Position numbers and translations under genes: made by a program. From contig CAJINV010000004.1 of assembly GCA_905178155.1 (NCBI GenBank), forward strand, positions 3,443,320 to 3,507,319: a DNA stretch of 64,000 nucleotides. The letters are read 5' to 3'. This document shows, piece by piece, positions 35,266 through 46,100 of the stretch. This stretch comes from Amoebophrya sp. A120 (taxonomy: Eukaryota > Protista > Dinoflagellata). The notes under the pieces are model-generated. The model had not been told where the DNA came from, made no database searches, and saw only the letters and a program-made list of their open reading frames with translations. Numbering within the stretch: position 1 is the first letter of the stretch; every line of letters begins with the position of its first letter.

Positions 35266-36645
35266 TCAAGAGCCGATTTTTACTGAAAAACGGAGCTCCA
35301 GATTGTACTTCAGGCCGTCGATCCCGGGATTCGTAGAATATTTTTTCGTAACCCCTAGATGAGCATGTGCCACCCACCCCCACTCCATCAGCAGGCACCA
35401 TTCTGATGGTAATTTGCCACAGAAATCGAACGAGACCGAGACCTGCTCCGTGTACTCAGAGTGGTTGGCGCGGGTGTTAATTTGGCGAAAGAGCGCTTCT
35501 CCTTGTGTCCTGTCGACATCTGTGGCGCTTATAATCACTAACCTGCTCCCTGGGGGCGAGTTCACTCTGGCTTCGAAAAACGTGCACGGACCGCGTCTCT
35601 CGTCGTATGTGCGTGTGTGCGTGCCGCTGCAAGTTGCCGACGGTCCGTACGTAAGCGTCAATGTTTCCGAGGAACCTCGACGATCCACCTCGAAATCGAG
35701 GTCCCCGTTCGGCCCGTAGCTTTTTGCCCCGGGCCGCTCCAGCGCGCTGACCAAAGCGTCGACAAATGCAGCAACGAGGGCACGCGTTTCAGCGTCGACA
35801 TGATGATGATGATGTACCCAACTGCCGGCTCCATACGGTAACGCATCAAATACTAGCGTGTCAGCGTCGTGCAGCAAGGGGGGAAAGAGCTCACCCATCA
35901 AGAACGACGCCAAGGCAGCGTAACTCCGGTCCGCCGGGCTCCTTTCCACTACTGTCGTAGCTTCGCGAAAGGCCGTGCTCACTGCAGCAAGGGGTGGATG
36001 ATCGCGCCACGGGTGGAAAAAAAGCTTCCACCAGATCGCGGCCTCCTCAACCCTCGTGAATACTGGCGCTGCGGGTGCCGCTTCTACCAGGTCGCGGACT
36101 TCGGCACGTTGACCCATGCGGGGGTCGCACCGCATCTCGGTGACCGGGGGCCCCTGCGTCTTGCCGGAAAACAACAGCCGGAATAGGCTCCGCAAGTAGT
36201 GACCTGGGTCTTCATTGCTCACATAAGACTGGATCGCCCCCCAAGGAATCCCCCCATGTTCGGCAAGTTCGGCGAGTTCGCGCTTTTTGCGCTGAGTTTC
36301 CCTCGCGTGCCGGCGATCGGGCCGGGTGGTCACCCACCCAGCGAGGCCTGCTCGCAGGGGCTGCGCTGAGGCTGATGTTGGAGGTAGACGCACCATTTCC
36401 ATTCCTTCCCGCGCGCGACTTGATCCTCTGTGCTGACCCGAAGAAGGATCTCTTCCCTGTCGCGGCTGGCCAGCCTGAACAGCGGGCAGAAACAGGTGTT
36501 GCAAGTAGATAAAGGGCACAAGCAGCAGCAAGGGCAAAACGCCGGAACTAGCGGAAGAACGGGCCGCCCCGAAGATATTTTTATTTTTACAACGCGCCAT
36601 GTTTACTTTCCAGTCCTCTCGCAAGAACAAGAAGGTGCACAGCAA
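35266..36645 (-). CDS. Intronless hypothetical protein with signal-peptide-like segment (ATG probably ~36600)
   Basis: 459-codon uninterrupted ORF; GVLPLLLLVPFIYLQHLFLPAVQAG. Confidence 0.75.
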   Translation of the reverse strand: MLCTFLFLREDWKVNMARCKNKNIFGAARSSASSGVLPLLLLVPFIYLQHLFLPAVQAGQPRQGRDPSSGQHRGSSRAREGMEMVRLPPTSASAQPLRAGLAGWVTTRPDRRHARETQRKKRELAELAEHGGIPWGAIQSYVSNEDPGHYLRSLFRLLFSGKTQGPPVTEMRCDPRMGQRAEVRDLVEAAPAAPVFTRVEEAAIWWKLFFHPWRDHPPLAAVSTAFREATTVVERSPADRSYAALASFLMGELFPPLLHDADTLVFDALPYGAGSWVHHHHHVDAETRALVAAFVDALVSALERPGAKSYGPNGDLDFEVDRRGSSETLTLTYGPSATCSGTHTRTYDERRGPCTFFEARVNSPPGSRLVIISATDVDRTQGEALFRQINTRANHSEYTEQVSVSFDFCGKLPSEWCLLMEWGWVAHAHLGVTKKYSTNPGIDGLKYNLELRFSVKIGS

Positions 36646-37540
36646 TCGGCTGAATAAACCAGATGAAAATAAAGCAGAGAAGACTTTTGTCTAGACAAAT
36701 CGTTGAAGTTGTGGTGGTAGAGTTCTTCGTAAGCAAGATATAGCACGGAGACGGAAGGTCAAGTTGCAGCTGTTGCCAAACATTAGGCTTTTTTTTTTTG
36801 CAAAGCTTATCACTTTTTGATTTTCCTGGCGATTTGCCGCGATTTGCCTACCCTTTGATTTACAATGATCATGACGACTACCAGTACGACATACAGTAAA
36901 TAAATTTGAACTTCAGCAACAAAATAAGTAAATAAGCCGACGACTTTCATACGGTACGGAGCACCCCCACGGGATCCATTCTGCCATGGGCTTTCGACGA
37001 CCCCGATGAAATTTATTAAATTTGTTGATTTTTCTTATTGCAGTTGATCTTTTGCTGTCCGACGTTGATCGGTGCTGTATGGGTTCTATCTTGTCCTCGA
37101 CGTGTGAACTTGTTGAACATTAGATCTTATTTAACATTTGATGATCTCGGGTCGTGCAACATGATCTTTCCGTTCTTTTGTGCTGCTGTCCTATGATCTA
37201 CTACTTCGCAACCGGTGTGGGAAAAATCATTGTGTTCCTTTGGAAAGAGTCATGCGCTCGACAGGACGACCACGGTAGTCAAATTTGGTCTATAAGAAAA
37301 CCCGAGGAAGTTCTACTTGACGGTCTTGTTCAGAAATTGTTGCTCCAACGGCACTTCATGTCCATTTCATTTTTCTCTATTCTTTCGGCGGCCGGGATGC
37401 TTCGAATTTTCTTTTTCATTGCAGGGCCCACTTTACTGCATTTGGTTGATTTGATTCGTCTTTGATCATTTCTATTTGTCATTCTATCTTGCTTCAAAAA
37501 ATTCCAAATCCTCTCCCCCTGCCCAATATCTACTCAGGTC

Positions 37541-40500
37541 CTCACCAAGTTGTACGCACTATTGCTCTATGGAATGCAAATACGTCTGGGTCTGGAAGGT
37601 TGCAACTTGTGATGCTGTCTCTGGAAGGTAAAAAAAATCTGTATTGCATGACCAGCAAGAGGAGTGCAGTTTGTGCTACGCGGAGGGGGCGTTTCTCATG
37701 CGGAATACGCATCAGAAGGCCCTTCAAAAATCTGTAACGCTAGGTCATGCTTTACAGGCATCATGGGTTACGCAAACTATGCATGACAAACCTGGCAATC
37801 TTCCAGACCCAGACATTTTTGCACTTGATATGCTCAGTTCTACCTGCTCCAAAAATTCGTACCAGGCGAGCTTTTATCAACTGTAAAAATGTCTGGGTCT
37901 GGAAGATTCTAAACTTGTAATGCTGTCTCTGGATTCTAAAAAAAAATGTATTGCATGACCAGCAAAAGGACTCCACTTTGTGCTACGTGGAGAGGGCATT
38001 TCTCATACGGTAGAGGCATCACAAAGTCCTCTAAAAGTCTGTGATTCTAGGGCATGCATCACAGACATCATGGGTCATTCAAAATATGCATGACAAACCT
38101 GGCAATCTTCCAGACCCAGACATTTTTACATTTGATAGCTTTCGCTTCCGCGCCTCGAGCTCTTCCTCCGCCTCTCTTATTAGCTTCTCCTGTTTTATAC
38201 GAGTGCACAACACAACAATTCCCCTTGGTCGTGCTCCTCTCGCGTATAAAAATTTCTTGTCATGCAATAAACTACCAAGTCCACATCTTTGTCTTTCCTT
38301 TCATCAGCACCACGTAATGCATCAACTGCACACACAGTACAATCATCCGCGCTGCGGGGAAAGTTATTTGTCATGCGGAAATTAGATTTGCTGCAGTGCC
38401 TCTATTGCTGCTTATGCTGTTCACAGGAGGGGCAGGAGGGCAAATCGAAATTATAGTTGTGCACTCTCATATTTTCCTCTTCCTGTTTCTCCGAGGGAAC
38501 CAGTATCCCAGAGAAAAAACCTAGCATATCAGAATGAGATTGATTATACAGACTATTTGTATAAAAATGCAAACCTACCTACACCCAGAGATGATGAATC
38601 TTCTCCTGCCTATTCTTACATTCTGCTTCTACGCTAGCTTTTTTCTGTGTGATAACCAGATGCAGTCCGGTGGCCGCGAGGATCTCGTCTTCGAGCGCAG
38701 ATGAAGTATTCGTTTCTTTCTTGTTGATCTTCTTGACGCTTTTACTGCTCGGAGGCTCCTTACTGAAGTGTTTTGAAGACGGGGCCCCCAGTGGTTCTTG
38801 TTCCTCTTCTGCTTCTTCAATCTGTGAAGTGGAAGTAGGTCGTGTGCAGCTATCTTCAACATTCTTTCCTCTCGTGGTGATGTTTCCAACGTGGTCGTGG
38901 TTCTGTACGACTTCTTCTTCTTCTTGTTTTGCGGTACTCAAGCTGCCGGGTGTAGCTGCACTTTTTTTCTTTCTTCGTTCCCCCTGCTCCTGGTCGAACG
39001 CGTTTTTGCATGTAAAAGAGCAAAACACCCGCTCTTGGCCGAGAAACTGCGCGACGAACTCCGGCGTCGCGGAAAGTTCCAGCTGGAACTTATCGCAAGA
39101 AAAAAGTGTCACGGCTACACATTGTGTTGCAGGCCAAGCAAGACAGACAAGCTCTGTCATGCCGGATATGCATGGGAGCCTCGTTTCATAGGTGTTTTCC
39201 CGTAGGATTTCTGCATTACGAGTCTCTCATGCAGAGAAATTTGCGTTGCTGAATTGACTACAAATGTGTAACTGTAACACGACTTTTTTCGTGGGATAGA
39301 ACTGCTTGTAACAGTAGTAGCAAACCTGTCGCTATCAACTGTAAAAATGTCTGGGTCTGGAAGAATCCAACTTGTCATGCTGATTTTGGATTCTAAAAAA
39401 ATCTGTATTGCATGAGCAGCAAAGAGTGTCCAAGTTTTGCTACACGGAAAGAGCATTTGTCATGCGGTATAGGCATCAGGAAGCCCTCACAAAATCTGTG
39501 ATGCTAGGGCATGCATCACAGACATCAGGAGTCATGCAAAATGTGCATGACAAACCTGGCAATCTTCCAGACCCAGACATTTTTACATTTGATAGTCGCT
39601 GCTTCGTTATCAGCTGGTTCCAGTCGACCGCCGTTTCTTGTGACTGGCTTGTGCTTATGGATTGCAAAATTGTCTGCGTCTGGATTGTGGCCGGGTTTGT
39701 CATGCATATTTTGCATGACCCAGGATGTCTGTGATGCATGACCTAGCAACACCGATTTTTAGGGGACTTCCTGGTGCCTAATCCGCATGACAAATGCCCT
39801 CCCCGCCTAGCACAAAGTAGACTCCTCTTGCTGGTCATGCAATACAGATTTTCTTCGAGTCCAGAGTGAGCATCACAAACTCCAACCTTCCAGACCCAGA
39901 CACTTTTGCATTTGATAGTGCTGGACTTGTACTCGATCACTTCCACACAATTTTCCTGTATGGAAACCTCCCTCGCCTTGTTTGATATTTTGCCGCGGTT
40001 CTCAATCCTCGACCAGTTTTTCGGCAAAGCGAGGGGCGCGGTACTTGGACGCGGTGGAAGAGTCCTGTTCGTTTGCGACGTTGTGGAATAAACAGAAGCT
40101 TCCCCGGTCCCCGTGCTGGAAGTTATCCTCTCTCCCTGAACACCTTTGTCGTCATGCCTGCCGATTGTAGTGCCGCTGCTGGACTGCGGGCGCGCGGCAG
40201 GCTTGGAAAAATTTGCTGTCTGGCCGAGGTGAACTTCTGCGGTTGTAGTTTCAATAGCTGCCAAGGCCTCGTCCTCGTCGCTGGGGAGCTCCTCCAGGAG
40301 GTTCTCTTGCTGCTGCTCCTCTTCTTCAAAAATGTTGCTCCGGGAATTGAAGTTGTTCGAGCTGCGCCTCTCTACTTCCTCTTCCTCTTCCAAGAACTGC
40401 ACGGGGCTCCCAACATCCGCAGCAGCAGCTCCTCCTTCTGGAAGCATGCAGCCCGGATTTTTTACATTTAGTATTTCTACTCCGCCTGGTGTTGTTGAAA

Positions 40501-42446
40501 AATTCTTGTGCAGCTGCTCGTTTTGCTCTTGCTCGTGGTCCTCGTCCTGCTCAACATCTCTACAACTTCCTAGTGCAGCTGTCTCGGCTGTTTTGATTTT
40601 CCCCAAACCGCCGCCGAGTGTCTTGCACGCTCGGAGCAGGAGGGTCGCGGCGGCTTTGGGCAGGTTCAGTTCGTCCGCGAGGTCAGTTTCATTCTCCTCG
40701 GAGCTGCTTATTGCAGTGAAAAGTGCCCCCCACCCCTGATATTGCAAAAATTTGTGATGCATAAGGTTTTCAAATGAAGAACTTTTTATCTATGCATGAA
40801 AGGAGGATGAATTTTTCTGCTGCAGAACCTACGCGTGTATCTTCGCATCGCTTGCATGACAAGCGCCGCTCTACTTGCTGGGGTCTTTTGCAATACAAAT
40901 TTTTGCTTTATTCACGGATGGAAATAACTTGTGATGCTGATAGATGCAAGCGGGCGAATGTTTCATTTGGAAAGGTTTGCAATACAAATGCTCCCAAGTA
41001 GTTCGGGGGTGGGGGCATTTTTCATTGTAATACTGCGGCCCAACTCTTGCAACAGCGACAGCTCGTCAAACCCATGCTCCTCGATGACTGTACTCGCGTA
41101 TCTCGTATCAAATGCAAAAGCATCGTATTCGTATTGCAGTCATGCATTACAAATCTTTTTGTTGAGTCAAATCCGCATTATTTCTCATGGTGAGGAAATT
41201 TGTAATGCATTTATACGAGTGCGATACTTTTGCAGTCCATATTTCGCCAGACCCCAAGTCGTGAGGAACTTTTCGACCGAAGTCTTCCCCAACTTGCTGT
41301 CATCTTGCTCCGTGTTTGCTGCAAGAACGCTGTCACCTTGGTTTCCGCCCGAGGCTCGGTCCACGTCGAGCAAGGCCTTAAACAAGGCACTGGGCTCATC
41401 CGGCTGCTCCAATAAGGGCGCGTCCGCGAACTTCTTCGGCTGCTTGTACGACTGCTTCCGCCCCGTTTTCACATCGATCAGAGGGGGAACGGAGAGGTCT
41501 GGATTTTGGTTGTTTTCATCGTTGACAAGAACAACTTACCCTAAAAAAAGCGAAACAAATCTTCGGATATAAAACTTCTCTCATCTCTACGTCTACTATA
41601 ATTCCTATGCAAATAAGTGACCTCGGGGTTTGTAGATAGAACCAGCACAGCACAGCAACTGCTTGTTTATGAAAACTCGGTAAAACAAATAATGTATTTT
41701 ACCAGTTTTGCCCTGGGTCGGGCGCACGAGTATCTTTGCCTTGGGATACGCACTTTTCCGAACCCCGGTGGTGCCGGCGGTCGGCAGGGCGCTAGGGATG
41801 GGCTATCAAATGCAGATATGTCTGGTGTTTTGTCTGGAAACAAGACCTTGGTACAGCACGGGGAAGAGAACGACTTGAACTTTTTGAAGAAAGAAAAGAA
41901 AAGAGAACTACGTGGATGCACTATGTAGAGAGAGATTAAAACATGCTATTATGTCCACCGGTGGAACTAACTACTGCTACTTATACTATCGCTTGCGCAA
42001 CATACAAATTGGGTGCAATGAACTTCTGCCCACGGGGTCCCGCAGGCTCTACCAAGGTGCTACGCTGGCCAAAGCGCTAGGCACCTGGGAGCCTGTGGGT
42101 GCTCGACTGGGTCTGGGTCTGGAAACTTGTGATGCTGAACTGTGCACGACTGAACTACTTCGTAAGGCAGCCAAGCATGACAAGTTTGCCGAACACTTTG
42201 TCATGCGCAGTCGGCATGACAAGCTGCGCTTTTATATGACAAAAGAGCGCGTTTCTACAACTTTGTTGGTCATGCAGTACAGTCCTTACAGGAACGTAGG
42301 ACTAGCACTACAAGTTCCATGTTTCCAGACTCAGACACTTTTGCAATGCATATGGGCGGAAGCTTGTCGATCTCCTTCTGCAGCTTCTTCCGCTCCACCG
42401 CCTGGCGATTGCTGTAGTGAAAATCCAGCGTGGACCACTTCGACAT
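37541..42446 (-). CDS. SAM-domain and FCS/MYM-type zinc-finger protein, 10 introner introns; 3' end uncertain
   Basis: Spliced VEKFLTTWGLAK|YASTVIEEHGFDELSLLQELGRS|...DLADELNLPKAAATLLLRAC is SAM-like; CYYCYKQF|...RVFCSFTCK fits C-x2-C...FCS-x2-C. Confidence 0.75.
37568..37830. mobile_element. Introner family A
   Basis: TSD TGCTC/TGCTC. Confidence 0.95.
37875..38137. mobile_element. Introner family A
   Basis: TSD GCTTT/GCTTT. Confidence 0.95.
38196..38471. mobile_element. Introner family H (TAT..GAGTGCACAAC)
   Basis: TIR pair; TSD decayed; frame restored. Confidence 0.8.
38504..38654. mobile_element. Introner family E-like
   Basis: TSD ACCAG/ACCAG; frame restored. Confidence 0.9.
39091..39298. 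mobile_element. Introner family D
   Basis: TSD GAACT/GAACT; splits the zinc finger. Confidence 0.92.
39333..39594. mobile_element. Introner family A
   Basis: TSD GTCGC/GTCGC. Confidence 0.96.
39656..39917. mobile_element. Introner family A, inverted relative to 39333-39594
   Basis: TSD GTGCT/GTGCT. Confidence 0.94.
40709..41032. mobile_element. Introner family C-like
   Basis: TSD CTGCT/CTGCG. Confidence 0.88.
41106..41241. mobile_element. Introner family G (short)
   Basis: TSD TCTCG/TTTCG. Confidence 0.88.
41804..42352. mobile_element. Introner family A with ~280-bp insertion inside its left TIR
   Basis: TSD TGGGC/TGGGC; TIR is interrupted at ~41826 and resumes at ~42108. Confidence 0.85.
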
Positions 42447-43122
42447 TCTGTTAGTTGTTCTATTGAAAACCTAAATAAATTCTACCGGGTACGTAGTTGT
42501 ACCCGAAACCAAGCTTGTAGTTGCACGACTAACAAAATTGTAGTAGTACACACAAGTCATGCAACATGACTATCAAATTATACCGAGACTGGCTAAGAAC
42601 TGATGTACCAACTGAATCCTTCTTACACGAAAATTTTGCACTCAAGATGTTGAAAGACCAAAAGCTGCCACAAGTTGTGACCTCAAGAAGCGACAGTGAT
42701 ACAATAATTTGGAAGCGACTCACACTTTTGCACTTTCGCGTTTCTTCCCTTTGAAACTATTGTTACAACTTCGGTCGTCACTTTGCGGACTGTATTAGGG
42801 ACAACACTCGCGGCATGGTACTAGACGTCCCCTACTTCGAACCCGAGGCCGAGCCCCCTGGTGCTCGCCACATTCAATAAAACCTCCTGCTCTAACGCTC
42901 ACGTAAGAAGTAGTATAACACTCGTCAGATCTCGCGTCTTTCCGCCGGCGCCCAGTGATGTTGTGGGATGACGGAATTAAGGTAAGGAACAGAACTACAC
43001 TCTCATCTCCGTTCGGCGGAAGGTGTCGTCGTGAGAATTCTTTAAAGAAAGAACGCTGAGATCATCAGCAACATATTACATCATGGTGAGAAGTATAGAG
43101 GTTCATCAAAATCTTAAATGTC

Positions 43123-46100
43123 TCATCGCCACAGATCCCACAAGTCCCAGGCAGCGAATTTTCGATGATTCCCATTGCTGTTAGTGGTCCAATCGTAGCG
43201 GTTATATTCGATTTTCACAGAGCATTCTTGTTCCTGTAACAACCTCACCAGCTTCTCTCGTTTTTCCCCCCGCGTGTGCCTGGTCAGTAGGGAGACGAGT
43301 CGCTGCTGGTCGGAAAAATTATCATTATTATATGGGGTTTCAAGAACGTCCTGATCTTGTCCCACCTCCCCTGCGCTGGAAGTTGTATCCATCCTGCTTG
43401 GTGTACCAACATCCTCGTGCTGTGAGTTGTATCGGTAGTTCCTGGAGGTTGTGGTCGTGAAGTCCCTGCTGTACCAGTGAAAAATCTTGCTCAAGTACAA
43501 AACCGCGGACTTCGTTTATCAAAAGGAAAAATCCCCCCACCCCATATCGAAATGGAAATCTGTGATGCGGGATTTGTGTACACAAATCGGCTTTGTCTTG
43601 CAATAGAGGACTGCAGACAGATACGCAGCCGGATTAAGGACGTTTTGGTGTAGGCGCCTAGCAAGGTATGGACATTCTCTGTAGGCCAGACAGCATCACA
43701 AATTGCCTGCATAACGCGGCGGGGTTTTTTTATTTGTCTTCTTGCAATACAGAGACGATTTGTGACCTCAAATCAGCATGACAAATTTTGAGAAGTATCC
43801 CGTTCTGGTATGGGGAGGGGGGATTTTTCCTCTCAATATCGTTCCCTCGTTCTCCGAAACTGCCAAATTTTCCTCTTGCTCCAGAAACGCCATCGACACA
43901 ATCCGGAGCTCCTCGTCATATATGCATCACAAACTTGATGTCTGGGTTCTTCTGGAAGAAGTTGTAAAAATGTGCGGAATAAACTTGTAATGCTTAGCTA
44001 GCAAGTGTATCGATGCTGTCATGTTGTATCGATTGCGCTGGAGAAGCCTAGGGGTTTCTTTGTGACGCAAAAGAACTGTAAACTATTTTGAAGATGCGTA
44101 TGTTGTATAGGCAAAGCGTAGGAGCGGGAACTTTTTTTGTCATAAAGATGCGGAAGTGTGGTCTATGCATTGCTTGCCAACATCCGCATGTTGCTACTAG
44201 CATGACAACTTTCATCCAGAGGACCCGCGACACATATTTGCCGTTGCTACCGCACGCTTCTGCAGAGAACCACTTGATCGGTGGGCAGCTGCGGGCACTA
44301 TAAGAGTGCAAAACTTAAACTTCTCTTTCTGTTTCTCATCCTCCCAGTTATTTAGAAAAGTTGTGATGCTGCAGGAGCAGCAACGGAAGCAGTGCCACGA
44401 ATGAAGCTTCCGCACTACGAATCTTCCATATTGTACGCATTGCAATAGCATTTGGCCCGCTACTTCCGGAACTTGTCATGCAAACAGTGGCAGTGTCAAA
44501 GCCAAGACTTCTAGTTCTAAGAGCATCTGGAAAAATTTTGCATGAAAAAAGGAGACAAATACTTCCACCAGGAGAAAGACCGTCAAATGCTGTTGTGCAC
44601 TCTGATAGGCGCCGCAGTTTAGCGCAAAGTGCAGCCGGTACTCGCCGCGAGGAAGGATGAACTTTTCGTTTTTCATATCAAGAAGAAAAATCCCCCCTCC
44701 CCATATCAAAACGGAAATCTGTGATGCAGATTTGTGGCCACAAATGAGGTTTGTCATGCTACAAGGGAAAAGATGCGGACTGTAGTGCTGGGCGGCGTGG
44801 GAAGGCCTTGCATCTGCAGCATGACAGGGGCCAGCTGGAAATGGGAAACAGCATGACAAATTGCCTGCACACGAGGCCACACCACGGCTCTTGGCCTTCT
44901 TGCAATACACGTCGGTTTGTGTACTCAAATACAGCATCACAAATTTCGTTTCCGACATGGGGAGGGGAGATTTTTCCCCTTGATATTTCAAGCGGTCGGG
45001 CGAAAAGGGCGGCTTCATCTGGATCGCCCCCGGCAGGTTTCCCCGAAGAATCCCGTTCTCGATTTCGTGCAGGGAAAAGGGCTATAAAGTGCAAATATGT
45101 CTGGGTCTGGAAAGCTGTAATGCTAAAAGTGAATGATAGACGCACTGCAATACGCAGCTACGCATGACAAATTTTTTGGCTGCCATGTCTTACGTATTCC
45201 GCATGGCAAAGAAAGGCAAGCTGCGTTTTTGCATGACAGGTAAGAGGGCCTTTTCGTGCCTATGCAACACAGATTCTCGAGTATGACAAACCTGCATTCT
45301 TCCAGACCCAGACATTTTTGCATTTGATAAGGGCAGTAGCGGTTTGATAGCATAATTATCTTGCTGGGTTGTAGTTGTACTATGACTGCTAAAAATATTC
45401 TCCTCTGATGTTGTCCCAGAAATAAATGCTCCGGCTGAGAAGGAGAACTGGTACTTTACAGCGGCGAAAAAATGCAACCGCCCGAGATCTATCAAATGTA
45501 AAAATGTCTGGATCTGGAAGAATGCAAGATTTGTCATGCATATTTCTCATGACCCATGATTGTCTGTGATGTATGCCCTACCATCACAGGTTTTTAGAGC
45601 TCTTCCTGATGCACCTTCCGCATGAAAAATGCCCTGTCCGTGTAGCACAAATTGTACCCCTCTTGCTGGTCATGCAATACAAATTTTTTTAGAGTCCAAA
45701 AACAGCATGACAATTTGCAATCTTCCAGACACAGACATTTTTGTAGTTGATAAGATCGAACTCGGCTATCCCAGCCTCGGCGAACGCGTGGAGGGTGAAA
45801 CGGAAAAGTGCCCTTCTACCCCCGGTAAGACAGAGAGTTTGCGTTGAAAAGTTTCATCTACACGGAAACTTTTTGCATTGCGCGCGGAACGTGCGCTGCA
45901 TCTTGCTGAAGAATCAAAGCGAGTGAAGTAGATCGATACGTCTTTAGCATGAGACATTATACTGCTTAATACATTGCGCCGCTTCTTGACAACACAGATA
46001 ATTGTCGCTAGAATGGAGATTCTGGGTCGAAAATTATCTGTGATGCTGCTCTGCGCGGCATGGCAAATGTTCATATCCCACGACCGGGCAGCACATTTTT

